A DNA stretch of 64,000 bases from IMG/VR virus record IMGVR_UViG_3300030090_003678, positions 1 through 64,000 of that record. The stretch is one strand, 5' to 3'. Below are positions 27,248 to 38,024 of this stretch, one piece after another. A model generated the notes under the pieces. It was not told where the DNA came from, searched no databases, and saw only the letters and a program-made list of their open reading frames with translations. Each line of letters begins with the position of its first letter. Within the stretch, counting starts at the first letter, position 1. A program made the translations under genes and the position numbers. This stretch comes from an uncultured virus (IMG/VR IMGVR_UViG_3300030090_003678). Taxonomy: Duplodnaviria; Heunggongvirae; Uroviricota; Caudoviricetes.

Positions 27248-28307
27248 CGCAGCATTAAAAAATATTACGAAAAAGTATGGAAACATTCTGGTTAATGGAG
27301 CTGACGTTTTTGAAGAGCTACAAGACATGCAGGTTATTCCTGTCAGTCCTTCTTTAGACTATGCTCTTGGAGGTGGTTTTCGTGAAGGAACTTGGGTTCA
27401 AATGATTGGAGATCCAAAGTCTGGCAAAACTACAACCGCCTTACAGTTCGCAGCTAATTGTCAGAAAAAAGAATATGGTGAAAGACCAATCTTTTACGTC
27501 AATGTAGAAGGCAGGTTAAGCACAAAAAACTTTGAAGGAGTTCATGGGTTAGATGCGGGTAAGATCACTGTTGTTCAATCTGAAGCAGAAACACTTAGCG
27601 CAGAAAAGTATTTAGGCGCTGTAGAAAAGATTGTTAAATCACATCCTAATTGTGTCGTCATTATTGATTCAATATCTAGCTTTATAGCACAGAAAGATTT
27701 AGATGAAGAAGTTAGAGGTGACTACAGGCCGGGAGTTCCTAAGATACTATCTAACTTCTGCAAGAAAATGAGTAGTGTAGTTCCTAAGCAAAAAGCCATT
27801 ATTATTATGATAACGCACTTCATTGCTAACACTGGTGGTATGGGCAAAAAGAAAGTTGCTGATGGAGGTGTAAAGGTTCGCTATCAAGCAGACACCATAT
27901 TAGAGATCGCTTGGATTCAGGCATGGAAAGAAAAAAATGATGGTCGTCAAATTGGCCAAGCTCTTCATTGGAAAGTAGTAACATCTGCTCTTGGTGGATT
28001 TGTAGGATCTGAAGCCATTGGTTGGCTTCGTTACGGTACAGGCATTGATTACAAGCAAGAACTGTTCGATCAAGCAAACGACTTCGATTTAATCTCAGCG
28101 GCTGGAGCATGGTACACTTGCGACTTTTTGGTTGACGATCCTAAACCAATCAAGAAGCTATTGGAAGCTGAAGGCATCGACAAAGAAGATGAAGAAAAAA
28201 TCACGAAGCTGGTCAAGTTCCAAGGTCAACAAAGGCTAAGAGATTTTCTCGACACAAACGATCTCTGGCCTGCTTTACAGAATTCATTAAAGGAAATGTT
28301 GTTTTGA
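27240..28307 (+). CDS. recA: RecA/UvsX-like recombinase
   Basis: SLDYALGGG, GDPKSGKTT Walker A, IIDSI Walker B, GG..VRY, GID...EL, AGAWY. Confidence 0.92.
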   Translation: MSDAALKNITKKYGNILVNGADVFEELQDMQVIPVSPSLDYALGGGFREGTWVQMIGDPKSGKTTTALQFAANCQKKEYGERPIFYVNVEGRLSTKNFEGVHGLDAGKITVVQSEAETLSAEKYLGAVEKIVKSHPNCVVIIDSISSFIAQKDLDEEVRGDYRPGVPKILSNFCKKMSSVVPKQKAIIIMITHFIANTGGMGKKKVADGGVKVRYQADTILEIAWIQAWKEKNDGRQIGQALHWKVVTSALGGFVGSEAIGWLRYGTGIDYKQELFDQANDFDLISAAGAWYTCDFLVDDPKPIKKLLEAEGIDKEDEEKITKLVKFQGQQRLRDFLDTNDLWPALQNSLKEMLF

Positions 28308-28727
28308 AAGCCGTAGGTTTTGATGGCCGAGAAAGAAATTGGAACCTATCAAAATGCGTAGTTTTAGGGAATCAGACAAGACCTCGAAGTAAATTACACA
28401 TTTTGGCAAGAAAAATTCTTAAAGAGCAGTTCCCTTATGATACAATCCTTGAGGAAGTTCCTCTTGTCGGCTCCCACAAGCCTTCGAGAAAGTCTACTCT
28501 CTATGTGGATTTTTTTGTACCTTCTCACTCTCTTGCCATAGAGGTTCATGGGAGGCAGCATTTTGAATTTGTTGCTCATTTTCATGGNNNNNNNNNNGGG
28601 CTTTAGGAAGTCTAAGGCCAGAGATCGTGACAAGGCAAATTGGTTAGAAAACAATAACATAGATTTGATTATATTAAGCTATTCAGGTACTGAAGATGAG
28701 TGGAAACAATCTATTATCAATAGATAA
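28304..28727 (+). CDS. Vsr/DUF559-like endonuclease (interrupted by N gap 28588-28597)
   Basis: VDFF....LAIEVHGRQH; after the gap another frame continues GFRKSKARDRDKANWLENNNI to TAA 28727. Confidence 0.7.
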
Positions 28728-29175
28728 GCTAGATGAGTTCATGGATAAGTTAGACAATTACATGTCTGACATTATTCATGTTGATCCAAATCCAGAAATA
28801 GAAAAAGTTCTGTCACTAACTAGCTTTGAACTTAAGTCTCTAACACCAGAAGAGTGTTGTGAAAAAGCTTATGCAATATACAACTATTGCAACTTTTTGC
28901 AGAAAAAGCACAACAAAGAATTAGCTAGAGCTAAGTGGTGTGAAGAATTTATAAACTATGCAGTCTCAAAGGTTTCAAACCAGTTCGATAAATACACTAA
29001 ATGGGAAGTTAAGGTTAACTCTGTAATAAGAGAAGACGACTTCGTGCAAAAGGTTTGGAGAGTCAAGAGGGTCATAGATGGAAATGTGACTTCTTCTTCA
29101 GAAATAATTAGAGACATCAGAAAACAAGCAGATACGTTACTCGAACTTAGCAGAAGAAAGCAGAGTAGAGGTTAA
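28696..29175 (+). CDS. Helical protein, possibly UvsY-like recombination mediator
   Basis: All-helical, about 150 aa, near recA; function assigned from context only. Confidence 0.35.
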   Translation: MSGNNLLSIDKLDEFMDKLDNYMSDIIHVDPNPEIEKVLSLTSFELKSLTPEECCEKAYAIYNYCNFLQKKHNKELARAKWCEEFINYAVSKVSNQFDKYTKWEVKVNSVIREDDFVQKVWRVKRVIDGNVTSSSEIIRDIRKQADTLLELSRRKQSRG

Positions 29176-29177
29176 TT

Positions 29178-29636
29178 ATGTCACCATTAGAAATGATAAA
29201 GAACGGATTACTTAACAATGATCTTAAAGAAATTGCTCAAGGTTATAATGCCCTCACGGGAGAAAGCATCTCAATCGGAGGCGAAGAACCAATCGCAGAA
29301 ATGCCAGAAGCACCTAGAAGTCAACCATACGCAGAAACCGAACAGCCACCAGTGCAGGTGCGGTCGTCGGACTTAGACTTCTCAGTAAAACCAAGAGAAG
29401 AACAACAAACAAAGTATGGAAGAAGACAATCAATACAGGTTGGGGAAAATAAATTTGTTGATAATGGAACAGAAGCAAAGGGTGCTGAGTTTGAAACTCC
29501 CGATGTTCCTCTAACTCCTAGAAGATCTCCTGTGAAGATGGTTGAAGTTACTTGCCATAATTGTGGAAAAAAAGAAGAAATTAATCCTAGATACAAAGTA
29601 GGTACTTATCATCGTTGCAGTGAATGTTTAGGTTAA
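29178..29636 (+). CDS. Hypothetical protein with C-terminal zinc ribbon
   Basis: CHNC...CSEC; GAGG RBS. Confidence 0.65.
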   Translation: MSPLEMIKNGLLNNDLKEIAQGYNALTGESISIGGEEPIAEMPEAPRSQPYAETEQPPVQVRSSDLDFSVKPREEQQTKYGRRQSIQVGENKFVDNGTEAKGAEFETPDVPLTPRRSPVKMVEVTCHNCGKKEEINPRYKVGTYHRCSECLG

Positions 29637-29645
29637 GCAGATTAA

Positions 29646-31139
29646 ATGAAAAAAGAACTTAGTGATGTTGTTTCAGAAAGAGCCGTGCTTGCTGGTTTGA
29701 TACGGCATGGAAAAAATGCTTTTATTGATATTGATGGAAAGCTAAACGAAGGATCGTTTACGCTAGAAGAAAACACAATAATTTGGAGTTGTCTTGCAAA
29801 ACTATTTGAGACTTCGGATACAGTTGATTTGTCTAGCCTTTATGCGGCAGCAAAATCAATAGACTTAGACTCAGTTTTTATGAAGCGTGTCCCTAAAGAC
29901 TATTACAAAACTCTTCAGTCCATAAACGTAGAGTTAAGCAATGTTAAGGAACATGCAAAAATTTTAATTAAGTATGCGATAGCTAGAGAAGTAGACAGGA
30001 AAGCAACTCAAATAAAGTCAAACATCAGGGATATTAACATTGCTGACAGTACACCGACTGGAATAGTTAGTGTAGCTGAAGCGGCTGTGTTTAACCTCAT
30101 TGATGATTTTCATGGTCAAGCAGAGAATGAACCCACCGACATTGGAGAAGACATTGACGACTACATCCAGAGCTTGATTGATAACCCCAAAGAGATGATG
30201 GGTTTGAGTACAGGATTTCCACGCTTCGATAAAGCTATTGGTGGAGGTTTAAGAAGAGGGAATGTTGATCTAATTGCGGCCAGAGCTAAAGCTGGTAAGA
30301 GTTTGTTTGCAGATAGTGTAGCCTTGCATGTTGCCGGAAATCTTGGAATACCAGTCTTAATGTTAGACACAGAAATGTCTAGAGAAGATCATATTCATCG
30401 ACTACTAGCAAACATGTCTGATATAGAAATCAATGATATATCCACTGGTCAATTTGGAAAGTCTAGTGGTCTACAAGAAAGAATAAAACAAGGCGTAGAA
30501 AAATTAAAAGAGCTTCCTTACAAATACGTCACAATAGCTGGAACGAGCTTTGATGAAACGCTCTCTATCATGAGAAGGTGGTTAAGAAGAGAAGTTGGTT
30601 ATGACGAAAACGGCAATACCAATCCATGTTTAGTAATTTATGACTACCTCAAACTTACAAGCTCTGCACAAATGAATGACATGAAAGAGTTTCAGGCTCT
30701 CGGATACCAGATGCAACAACTCGTGAATTTTACTATTAAAGAAAAAGTTCCATGCTTATCGTTTGTGCAGTTGAACAGAGATGGAATTACTCGTGAGTCA
30801 GAAGATGTCATTAGTGGGTCTGACAGACTGTCTTGGTTTTGCAGCAGCCTAACTATCTTCAAAAAGAAGTCAGAAGAAGAGTTAGCAGAAGACGCTGGAG
30901 AAAGCGGAAATAGAAAATTGGTTCCACTAATAGCTCGTCATGGAGGCGGTCTAGCAGACGACTTTGATTATATTAACATGAGCCTCAATGGTGCTTTTGG
31001 AAGAATAGACGAAGGGTTCACAAAGTCAGAGTACATCCTAGCTAATAAAAAACAAAAAGAAGGATTTGAAAACGAAGTTAGCGATAAAGAAGAAGGCTTT
31101 GTAGTTGAGGAGGAAATTGATGAAGACAAGCCTTTCTAA
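29646..31139 (+). CDS. dnaB: DnaB-like replicative helicase
   Basis: SERAVLAG, GLSTGF..FD, AARAKAGKS, TEMS, YDYL, QLNR, SGSD, ARHG. Confidence 0.95.
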   Translation: MKKELSDVVSERAVLAGLIRHGKNAFIDIDGKLNEGSFTLEENTIIWSCLAKLFETSDTVDLSSLYAAAKSIDLDSVFMKRVPKDYYKTLQSINVELSNVKEHAKILIKYAIAREVDRKATQIKSNIRDINIADSTPTGIVSVAEAAVFNLIDDFHGQAENEPTDIGEDIDDYIQSLIDNPKEMMGLSTGFPRFDKAIGGGLRRGNVDLIAARAKAGKSLFADSVALHVAGNLGIPVLMLDTEMSREDHIHRLLANMSDIEINDISTGQFGKSSGLQERIKQGVEKLKELPYKYVTIAGTSFDETLSIMRRWLRREVGYDENGNTNPCLVIYDYLKLTSSAQMNDMKEFQALGYQMQQLVNFTIKEKVPCLSFVQLNRDGITRESEDVISGSDRLSWFCSSLTIFKKKSEEELAEDAGESGNRKLVPLIARHGGGLADDFDYINMSLNGAFGRIDEGFTKSEYILANKKQKEGFENEVSDKEEGFVVEEEIDEDKPF

Positions 31140-32205
31140 AACAAAGCTCTCGGCAAAAGAACTAAAAAAGCTTTCAGACAAAGCCGCAAAAAGAATTTCT
31201 TTTATACTTTTTCATTTTGGTTATAGATCAAATGATTGTGGCGACAACGTGTTTTGCCCCTGTCCAATACATGGCGGAGACAATCCAACTGGTTTTTCCA
31301 TGAACACTGATGAATCCAGTACGTACTTTGGGAATTGGGCATGTTGGACTAATCATTGTCACGAAGAGCATATAAACACACCGATAGGTCTTATAAGAGC
31401 GTTGATGTCAATAAGAGAAGACCGAGAAGTAAACTTTCAAGAAGCCATTGAGTACACAATAAAGCTGACTGAAACAGACCTAGAAACTTTAGCAAAAGAA
31501 TCAGAAGGCTTTGAGTTTGACACATGTGATTCAAAAGTAGAAAGAGAACACCAAAAAAGACAAAGGAACATAGATGGTGGTGTTGCAAGAGAAAAAGTCA
31601 GGTCTTCATTAGTCATACCGCCAGAGTATTATATTAAAAGAGGATACACAGCTGAAGTTTTAGACCAGTTTGATGTAGGCACTTGCCCAAGAGCTAAGAA
31701 TCCTTCCATGAGAGATAGGGTTATTGTTCCTGTCTATGATGATGACTTTGAGTGTATGGTCGGCCATCTTGGTAGAACACAGCATGAAAATTATCAGGGA
31801 AGGAAGTGGGTCAACTCAGAAGGTTTTTATACAGGAGTCTGGCTTTATGGCTATTGGTTGTCAAAGCCTTTTATAAACAAAACTAAGTCAGCCATACTAG
31901 TTGAAGGACAGGGAGATGTTTGGAGGCTTTGGGAAGCTGGTATAAAAAACGTAGTTGGTATCTTTGGTGCGAGTTTATCCGATGCCCAAATGAGAATACT
32001 AGAAACGTCTTCTGCCCTTACTATCATTCCTCTGACAGACAACGATCAAGCTGGCATCAAAGCAAGAGAGTCAATTAAGAAGAAGTGTGGTAGGATGTTT
32101 AATATAGTAGAAGTTGACTTACCAGCCAAAGACGTTGGCGAACTTTCTGTGTCCGAAATAAATAAAATCATAAAACCACAAATTGAGGGTCTATACAATG
32201 ACTAG
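31120..32205 (+). CDS. dnaG: DnaG-like primase
   Basis: CPIH..CWT..C zinc finger; R..VP, GR, KW.NS; TOPRIM LVEG..D and DND.AG. Confidence 0.92.
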   Translation: MKTSLSKTKLSAKELKKLSDKAAKRISFILFHFGYRSNDCGDNVFCPCPIHGGDNPTGFSMNTDESSTYFGNWACWTNHCHEEHINTPIGLIRALMSIREDREVNFQEAIEYTIKLTETDLETLAKESEGFEFDTCDSKVEREHQKRQRNIDGGVAREKVRSSLVIPPEYYIKRGYTAEVLDQFDVGTCPRAKNPSMRDRVIVPVYDDDFECMVGHLGRTQHENYQGRKWVNSEGFYTGVWLYGYWLSKPFINKTKSAILVEGQGDVWRLWEAGIKNVVGIFGASLSDAQMRILETSSALTIIPLTDNDQAGIKARESIKKKCGRMFNIVEVDLPAKDVGELSVSEINKIIKPQIEGLYND

Positions 32206-32959
32206 AATAATTGGATTTTCTGGAGCCAAGCAAAGCGGCAAGACTACTTGCTGCAAGTTTCTTCATGGCTATCAAATGAGACTTTTTGATTCAATAGAAA
32301 AATTCTTAATGGATACGGATGGGAATTTAATCATCAATGCTATCTATATGGATGATAAGGGAGAAGAGACTAAAGGCTTAGGCATACTAGACATTGAACG
32401 TAGAGATGCTGAGTTTATTGAATATGCATCAACTAAAATATGGCCTTTCGTGCAGTCATTCAGTTTCGCAGACCCATTAAAGGCTATCTCAATGCAGTTA
32501 TTTGGCCTAACTGAAGAACAGTGCTTTGGAACTGACGAACAAAAGAATACACCCATCAACATTAAATGGGAAAATATGCCGTTGATTGGAAACAGAACTG
32601 GATTCATGTCAGCTAGAGAATTCTTGCAATATTTTGGAACAGACGTTTGCAGAAGAATTAAAGACAGCATCTGGGTTGATAGCTGCATAAAAAGAATACT
32701 ACAAAGCGGAACAGAAATGGCTATTGTTCCAGATGTTAGATTTCCTAATGAAGTCAAAGCAATACAAGAAGCTGGAGGTAAAGTAATAAGGCTTGATAGA
32801 AAACCTCACGAAGATGGTCATCCTAGCGAAGTCGCTTTGGATACCTACAAAGGTTTTGATTATTACATCAAAAACCATGACATGACTATTGATGAAACCA
32901 ACATGAAACTGCTAGATGTCCTAAAGGAGTGGGGATGGCTACAAACAAAAAGTTTATAA
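32198..32959 (+). CDS. Deoxynucleoside monophosphate kinase
   Basis: GFSGAKQSGKTT, SFADPLK, REFLQYFGTD, DVRFPNE, H.SE. Confidence 0.9.
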   Translation: MTRIIGFSGAKQSGKTTCCKFLHGYQMRLFDSIEKFLMDTDGNLIINAIYMDDKGEETKGLGILDIERRDAEFIEYASTKIWPFVQSFSFADPLKAISMQLFGLTEEQCFGTDEQKNTPINIKWENMPLIGNRTGFMSAREFLQYFGTDVCRRIKDSIWVDSCIKRILQSGTEMAIVPDVRFPNEVKAIQEAGGKVIRLDRKPHEDGHPSEVALDTYKGFDYYIKNHDMTIDETNMKLLDVLKEWGWLQTKSL

Positions 32960-33510
32960 GTATTCCATGGGATGACGGAATGGTCACTCGTGCAAGAAAA
33001 AAAGCCAATCAACTTGGAAAGATAAATAACTCTATCCTAAAAGGTGGCGGTAATGCGGCAGGCTATCTAGGAGAAGAAGCTGTAGCTGCTTACATAAAGG
33101 CCGAAATAATTAGCTGCAATGATGGTAATGACAAATATGATTATGATATATGGTCTAACGATGAGCGCAGGATAGAAATAAAGACTAAAAGAAGAACAGT
33201 TGAACCGAGAGATTACTATGATGTATCAGTTGCTAAAACAAGTGCGCATCAAAGACCCGATCTCTACATTTTTGTAAGCATTGAATTTGAAGATATGAAG
33301 ATGGTCAAAGGTAAGCGCGCTTACTATGGCATCAAAAACATTTGGATAGTAGGGCAGGCAGAGCCTGAAGATTATTTTGCTAGAGCCAAAATTTGGAGGG
33401 CTGGAGATATTGATAAACGAAATGGTTTTAAAACACATGTAGATATGTACAACCTGCCCATATCAGAAATAGATGAGTTAGATGATAGTTTGCTACCACA
33501 GGAGCAGTAG
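32935..33510 (+). CDS. PD-(D/E)XK-like nuclease-fold protein
   Basis: GYLGE, YDYD, IEIKTK pattern. Confidence 0.55.
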   Translation: MATNKKFISIPWDDGMVTRARKKANQLGKINNSILKGGGNAAGYLGEEAVAAYIKAEIISCNDGNDKYDYDIWSNDERRIEIKTKRRTVEPRDYYDVSVAKTSAHQRPDLYIFVSIEFEDMKMVKGKRAYYGIKNIWIVGQAEPEDYFARAKIWRAGDIDKRNGFKTHVDMYNLPISEIDELDDSLLPQEQ

Positions 33511-34501
33511 TCTTGGAACGCTAGAGTTTTGCCAGCAAAAATATTTTTTGCAATACAACCTCTCCTTCAAAGACAAAACCAACGCAAAAGCCTTGATGGG
33601 TACTATTACCCATAAAGTCATGCAGACTCTTGGAGACAAGAAAGTCGCAATGAATAAAGGTCTTGATATTGTAGAAGACGAAGAGACTGGCAGGAACCTG
33701 ACATTAGAAGAGTGTGACAATCTTGAGCTTTTGAACAATATAGCTTTCGATTATTACACAAACGCTTTCCCAGAAGTCAATCTTGGAGAGAAAGAAAAAA
33801 GGCAATGTCTTCGCTGGGCAGAAAAAGCTGTAGCTTATCAAGATGGATTGTTAGATCCTAGAAACCAAAACGTATTTGCGACTGAGTTATTTTTTGACAT
33901 AGAGATAAAAAAACCTTGGGCAAAATACAAGTATGAATTTGAAGGGCAAACAATAGAAGGATACTTATCAATAAAAGGCACTGTTGACCTCATCCTAGAA
34001 CATGGTGACGGATACTACGAAATACTAGATTACAAAACTGGAAAAAGAATAAACTGGGCAACAGGAGAAGAGAAGACTCACGAAAAACTACAGAAGGACA
34101 CACAATTACTTCTTTACTATTACGCCCTAAAGAATATGTATCCAGACAAGGAATTCTCAGTCAGCATTTATTACATCAATGACGGCGGACTATTCTCAAT
34201 GGTGTTTGATGAAGAAGATTATGAAAAAGCCGAACAGATACTCAGAAAGAAGTTTGAGCAGATAAGAGACATAGAACAACCAAAACTCCTATCTAATGAA
34301 AACAAGCATTGGAAATGCCAGAAGTTATGTAAGTTCAGTCAGCCCTACAAAGAAGGTGCTGAAAAAAGTGTTTGTCAATACATCAGAGACCAGATAAAAG
34401 GTCGAGGTATTGTCGAAGTTGTTGAAAAGTTTGGAAAAATTGAAAAGATCGCCACTTATGGAGATGGCGGCGGAAGATTAGCAGAAGATAATAAAAAATG
34501 A
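33482..34501 (+). CDS. Cas4/AddB-like PD-(D/E)XK exonuclease
   Basis: C...Y, GT..H, E, GTVDL, ILDYKTG, QL.LY and C-terminal C...C....C cluster. Confidence 0.85.
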   Translation: MIVCYHRSSSLGTLEFCQQKYFLQYNLSFKDKTNAKALMGTITHKVMQTLGDKKVAMNKGLDIVEDEETGRNLTLEECDNLELLNNIAFDYYTNAFPEVNLGEKEKRQCLRWAEKAVAYQDGLLDPRNQNVFATELFFDIEIKKPWAKYKYEFEGQTIEGYLSIKGTVDLILEHGDGYYEILDYKTGKRINWATGEEKTHEKLQKDTQLLLYYYALKNMYPDKEFSVSIYYINDGGLFSMVFDEEDYEKAEQILRKKFEQIRDIEQPKLLSNENKHWKCQKLCKFSQPYKEGAEKSVCQYIRDQIKGRGIVEVVEKFGKIEKIATYGDGGGRLAEDNKK

Positions 34502-36408
34502 GTTGGACTCCACTACACCTACATACGCATTACAGTTTACTAGATGGCCTCTCTAAGCCCTCACAGGTCGCCTCACGCTGCTCAAAGCTCGGCTATACCT
34601 CCTGTGCTATGACAGATCACGGCACTATATCTGGAGCTGTGGCCTTCACACAGGCAATGAAGAAAAAGAACATCAAACCAATACTTGGGTGTGAGTTCTA
34701 CCTAAGCCAGCAAGATTGCACAATTAAAAACGAGGAAAATAGGAAGCTCAGTCACCTTTGCGTGTTAGCTAAAAACAAGCAGGGTTGGGACAATCTAATT
34801 CAGGCAGTATCAAAAAGTAATGACGAAGAAAATTATTACTACAAACCAAGACTAGATCTTTCTACTCTAGGTCAGTTTTCTGATAACCTAATTGCTTTTT
34901 CTGGTCATCTAGGAAGTGATTTGGCCAATGCAATATTTGTTGATGTGAAGTCTGCGTATAACGCCGTAACGATTGACGAAGTCAAGAGGTACACACATCC
35001 CGAATGGGATAAAAAGGTTCTAGAGATAGCCAATAAATATAGAGATATATTTGGTAAAGACAATTTCTTCATAGAAATACAAACCATTGATGAAGAAAAC
35101 TCTCCTGCTTCAAATTTGGTAGCGCAAGGATTGAGATACATCGCTAAAAAATATGGATTCAGAACAGTTGCTACTGCTGACTCTCATTATCCAGAAAAGC
35201 AAGATGCTAATGACCAACTCTTGTTGTTATGTTCTTCTTTGAAGACAACTCTTCCAAAGATAAGAAAGAAGCTCAAAGAAACTGGAGACTCGGCTTTTAC
35301 TGGCTTCATGAGGTCTAACAATTTTCATATACCTTCATTGGAAGAAATGCAGGCAGTCAATACTCCTCAAGAAATTGCTACAGCAATGGAAATCGCTGAT
35401 ATGTGTGAGGAGTATGATATTTTAGGCAAGCCAATGCTTCCTAAATTCAAATGCCCCAAAGAACAAACAGAAGAGCAATATCTCAGAAACCTATGTCGTG
35501 ATGGATGGAAAAATGTATTAATGCCAACAGGCAAAGTTAATACCCAATCGGCAAAAGATTTATACACAGAGAGAATTAAAGCAGAGCTTGATGTCATTAG
35601 TGAAGCCAATCTTTCTGGTTATTTTTTGATTGTTAGAGATATTGTTAATAGTGTGCATGAAAGAAATCATATTCCGGGTCCCGGAAGAGGTTCTGCTGCT
35701 GGATGTTTAGTGTCATACTTAGTTGGTATAACTCAAGTAGACCCAATTGAATATGGCTTAATTTTTGAAAGATTTTACAATGCTGGAAGAAATACTGCTG
35801 ATAGAGTCTCCTTGCCTGATATTGATATTGATGTACCAGCTACTAAGCGCGATGAAACCATCGACTATATCCGACAAAAGTACGGAAACGAAAGAGTTGG
35901 TCAGATGGTAACTTTTGGTAGACTGCAAGGACGAAGCGCATTAAAAGAAGTTCTGCGCATGAATGAGGCTTGCGGTTTTGAAGAAATGAACAATATAACC
36001 AAAAGTCTTCCGCACGAACATGAAGTATCCGATCAATTAGCTGAAATGGAAGAGTCTTCTGTTATAAAATGGACTCTAATGAATCAACCTGAATCTTTGC
36101 GTGGCTATTGCCGATTAAATGATGATGGTGAGCTTGAAGGAGACTACGCAAAAGTATTTGAACAAGCCATGAGAATTGAGGGGACTTTCAAATCTCAAGG
36201 AAAGCACGCTGCTGGCGTAGTCATATCTTCACATAACTTAGATCAAGTATGCCCTATGGTGAGAGACAAAAAAGGATCAGAAAAAATTGCTGGTCTTGAA
36301 ATGAATGATTTAGAAGCTATGGGTCATGTAAAATTCGATATATTGGGAATCTCATTGATGGATAAAATTATGGGTGTGAGAAACCAACTAGAGAAAGCAG
36401 ATGCATAA
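34498..36408 (+). CDS. dnaE: DNA polymerase III alpha, N-terminal polypeptide (PHP and catalytic palm)
   Basis: HLHTHYSLLDG, TDHG, GRGSAAG, FERF, PDIDID, HAAGVV, KFDILG, then stop. Confidence 0.95.
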   Translation: MSWTPLHLHTHYSLLDGLSKPSQVASRCSKLGYTSCAMTDHGTISGAVAFTQAMKKKNIKPILGCEFYLSQQDCTIKNEENRKLSHLCVLAKNKQGWDNLIQAVSKSNDEENYYYKPRLDLSTLGQFSDNLIAFSGHLGSDLANAIFVDVKSAYNAVTIDEVKRYTHPEWDKKVLEIANKYRDIFGKDNFFIEIQTIDEENSPASNLVAQGLRYIAKKYGFRTVATADSHYPEKQDANDQLLLLCSSLKTTLPKIRKKLKETGDSAFTGFMRSNNFHIPSLEEMQAVNTPQEIATAMEIADMCEEYDILGKPMLPKFKCPKEQTEEQYLRNLCRDGWKNVLMPTGKVNTQSAKDLYTERIKAELDVISEANLSGYFLIVRDIVNSVHERNHIPGPGRGSAAGCLVSYLVGITQVDPIEYGLIFERFYNAGRNTADRVSLPDIDIDVPATKRDETIDYIRQKYGNERVGQMVTFGRLQGRSALKEVLRMNEACGFEEMNNITKSLPHEHEVSDQLAEMEESSVIKWTLMNQPESLRGYCRLNDDGELEGDYAKVFEQAMRIEGTFKSQGKHAAGVVISSHNLDQVCPMVRDKKGSEKIAGLEMNDLEAMGHVKFDILGISLMDKIMGVRNQLEKADA

Positions 36409-36619
36409 AAAAAGCCACAGAGAGTCCATAAAAGAAAAGATAACAAACGGAAGATACGTTGAGTATAGAGGCTTATCTATTTGTAAGATAAATGATTTTT
36501 ACCCTCTTACTAACGGGAAAATAAAATACCAAGTTCACTCATATTACTTTAGTGAGCTTTATGAAGATATTGAAGAAGCGTTAGATAGATTTTTTGAGAT
36601 AAGAAGGAAAATTAGATGA
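36401..36619 (+). CDS. Hypothetical protein
   Basis: Coupled ORF between dnaE-N and the exonuclease. Confidence 0.55.
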   Translation: MHKKSHRESIKEKITNGRYVEYRGLSICKINDFYPLTNGKIKYQVHSYYFSELYEDIEEALDRFFEIRRKIR

Positions 36620-37299
36620 ATTATAGAGACATTATTGTCTTTGATTTTGAAACTGGATCAAGGAATCCAGATAGAACTCAGCCAGTACAAATTGCCGCAG
36701 TTGCCATACATGGGCGAAAACTAACAATTCAACCTGATGGTTATTTCAATAGCTTGATGCGTCCAATATTTGACGATGAAGAAGCTTTAGAGCTTGGGTT
36801 AGACCCAATAGAAGACGAAGCTCTTGCCGTGAACGGTAAAACAAGAGAAGAGCTAGCAAAGGCTCCATCCGCTAAAACAGTATGGAAGAAGTTCACTAAT
36901 TTTGTAAACAAATACAACTTCAAAAAAACACCTTATTATGCCCCAATAGCCGCTGGATATAACATTGTCGGCTTTGATATGCCTATAGTTCAAAGATTGT
37001 GCGATATGTATGGGCCAATAGACAAAAAGACAGGAAAACAAACTTTGTTTAATAAAATCCACAGGATCGACGTAATGGATAATGTCTGGATGTGGATGGA
37101 AAACAATGCTGATGTAAAATCCCTAAGCATGGATTCCATGAGAGACTTATTTGGCATGAGCAAAGAAAACGCTCATGATGCGTTACAAGACGTTAAAGAT
37201 ACCGCCAATCTTATGATTGGCTTTATGAAACTACATCGCCGTGTTGCACCTAAAGTTAAATTTGAAAAGGCGTTTGCAGATGGAAACATCCACATATAA
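36616..37299 (+). CDS. DEDDh 3'-5' exonuclease (DnaQ/epsilon-like)
   Basis: DFETG, GYNIVGFD, HDALQDV. Confidence 0.9.
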   Translation: MNYRDIIVFDFETGSRNPDRTQPVQIAAVAIHGRKLTIQPDGYFNSLMRPIFDDEEALELGLDPIEDEALAVNGKTREELAKAPSAKTVWKKFTNFVNKYNFKKTPYYAPIAAGYNIVGFDMPIVQRLCDMYGPIDKKTGKQTLFNKIHRIDVMDNVWMWMENNADVKSLSMDSMRDLFGMSKENAHDALQDVKDTANLMIGFMKLHRRVAPKVKFEKAFADGNIHI

Positions 37300-38017
37300 A
37301 GAAGAAGTCTGGAAGCAATTAAATGCTATTTCAAAAAAGTCTTGGAGAATGGCTTTAAAGCAATTATTTTCAGACCCAACAAACAGATCTCAAGTTGACG
37401 CTTTGAGAAAAGAAAATGATCTAACAGCAGCTTACGAATTTGGTGTTTACTCTGGAAAGAGCATAGTAGAAATTGCAAACAACATAGTAGATATTGAAGT
37501 TATTTATGGCTTTGACTCTTTTCAAGGTTTGCCAGACAACACCGATAAAGAAAGAAAAGACTCCATAGCAAAATCAGATTTTTACCAATGGAAGTCTGGA
37601 GATTTCGATGCCTCCAGTCTTTATGAAACCAAAGACGTTAAATCTTTCTTAAGTGAAATTTTTGCAGAAAATTTAAATACGCCAGTGCATTTAATAGAGG
37701 GTTGGTTTAGCAAAACTCTCAACAAAGAAACCATAAGAAAATACGACTTGAAGCCAGCGTCTTATATTGACATTGATGTTGATACTTATTCTTCTTGTTG
37801 CGAAGTGTTGGACTTTGTTTTCGATAATCAAATTGCTGTTTCTGGAACAGTTATTGGATTTGACGATTGGGGTGGAACTGTTAACTGGAAAACTTTTGGA
37901 GATGGTGTTTCCAAATCTTTCGTAGACTCTCTAAAAAAACATGGAGTTGAAGCGGATTTTGTGGTTCAGGTAGGAGCTTCTTATCCTCATGTACATAGAT
38001 TATATTTGGTAAGGTGA
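37280..38017 (+). CDS. TylF/MycF-like sugar O-methyltransferase
   Basis: EFGVYSG.S, GFDSFQGLP, GWFSKTL, IDVDTY, FDDW. Confidence 0.85.
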   Translation: METSTYKEEVWKQLNAISKKSWRMALKQLFSDPTNRSQVDALRKENDLTAAYEFGVYSGKSIVEIANNIVDIEVIYGFDSFQGLPDNTDKERKDSIAKSDFYQWKSGDFDASSLYETKDVKSFLSEIFAENLNTPVHLIEGWFSKTLNKETIRKYDLKPASYIDIDVDTYSSCCEVLDFVFDNQIAVSGTVIGFDDWGGTVNWKTFGDGVSKSFVDSLKKHGVEADFVVQVGASYPHVHRLYLVR

Positions 38018-38024
38018 TTGTCTT

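Noticed and set aside
28588..28597. Premature stop in the Vsr-like nuclease
   Set aside because: N gap; another frame continues the domain to 28727.
33482..34501. Cas4-like gene as sign of CRISPR-Cas
   Set aside because: No repeat-spacer array or other cas genes seen; standalone Cas4/AddB-like nucleases are common in phage replication modules.
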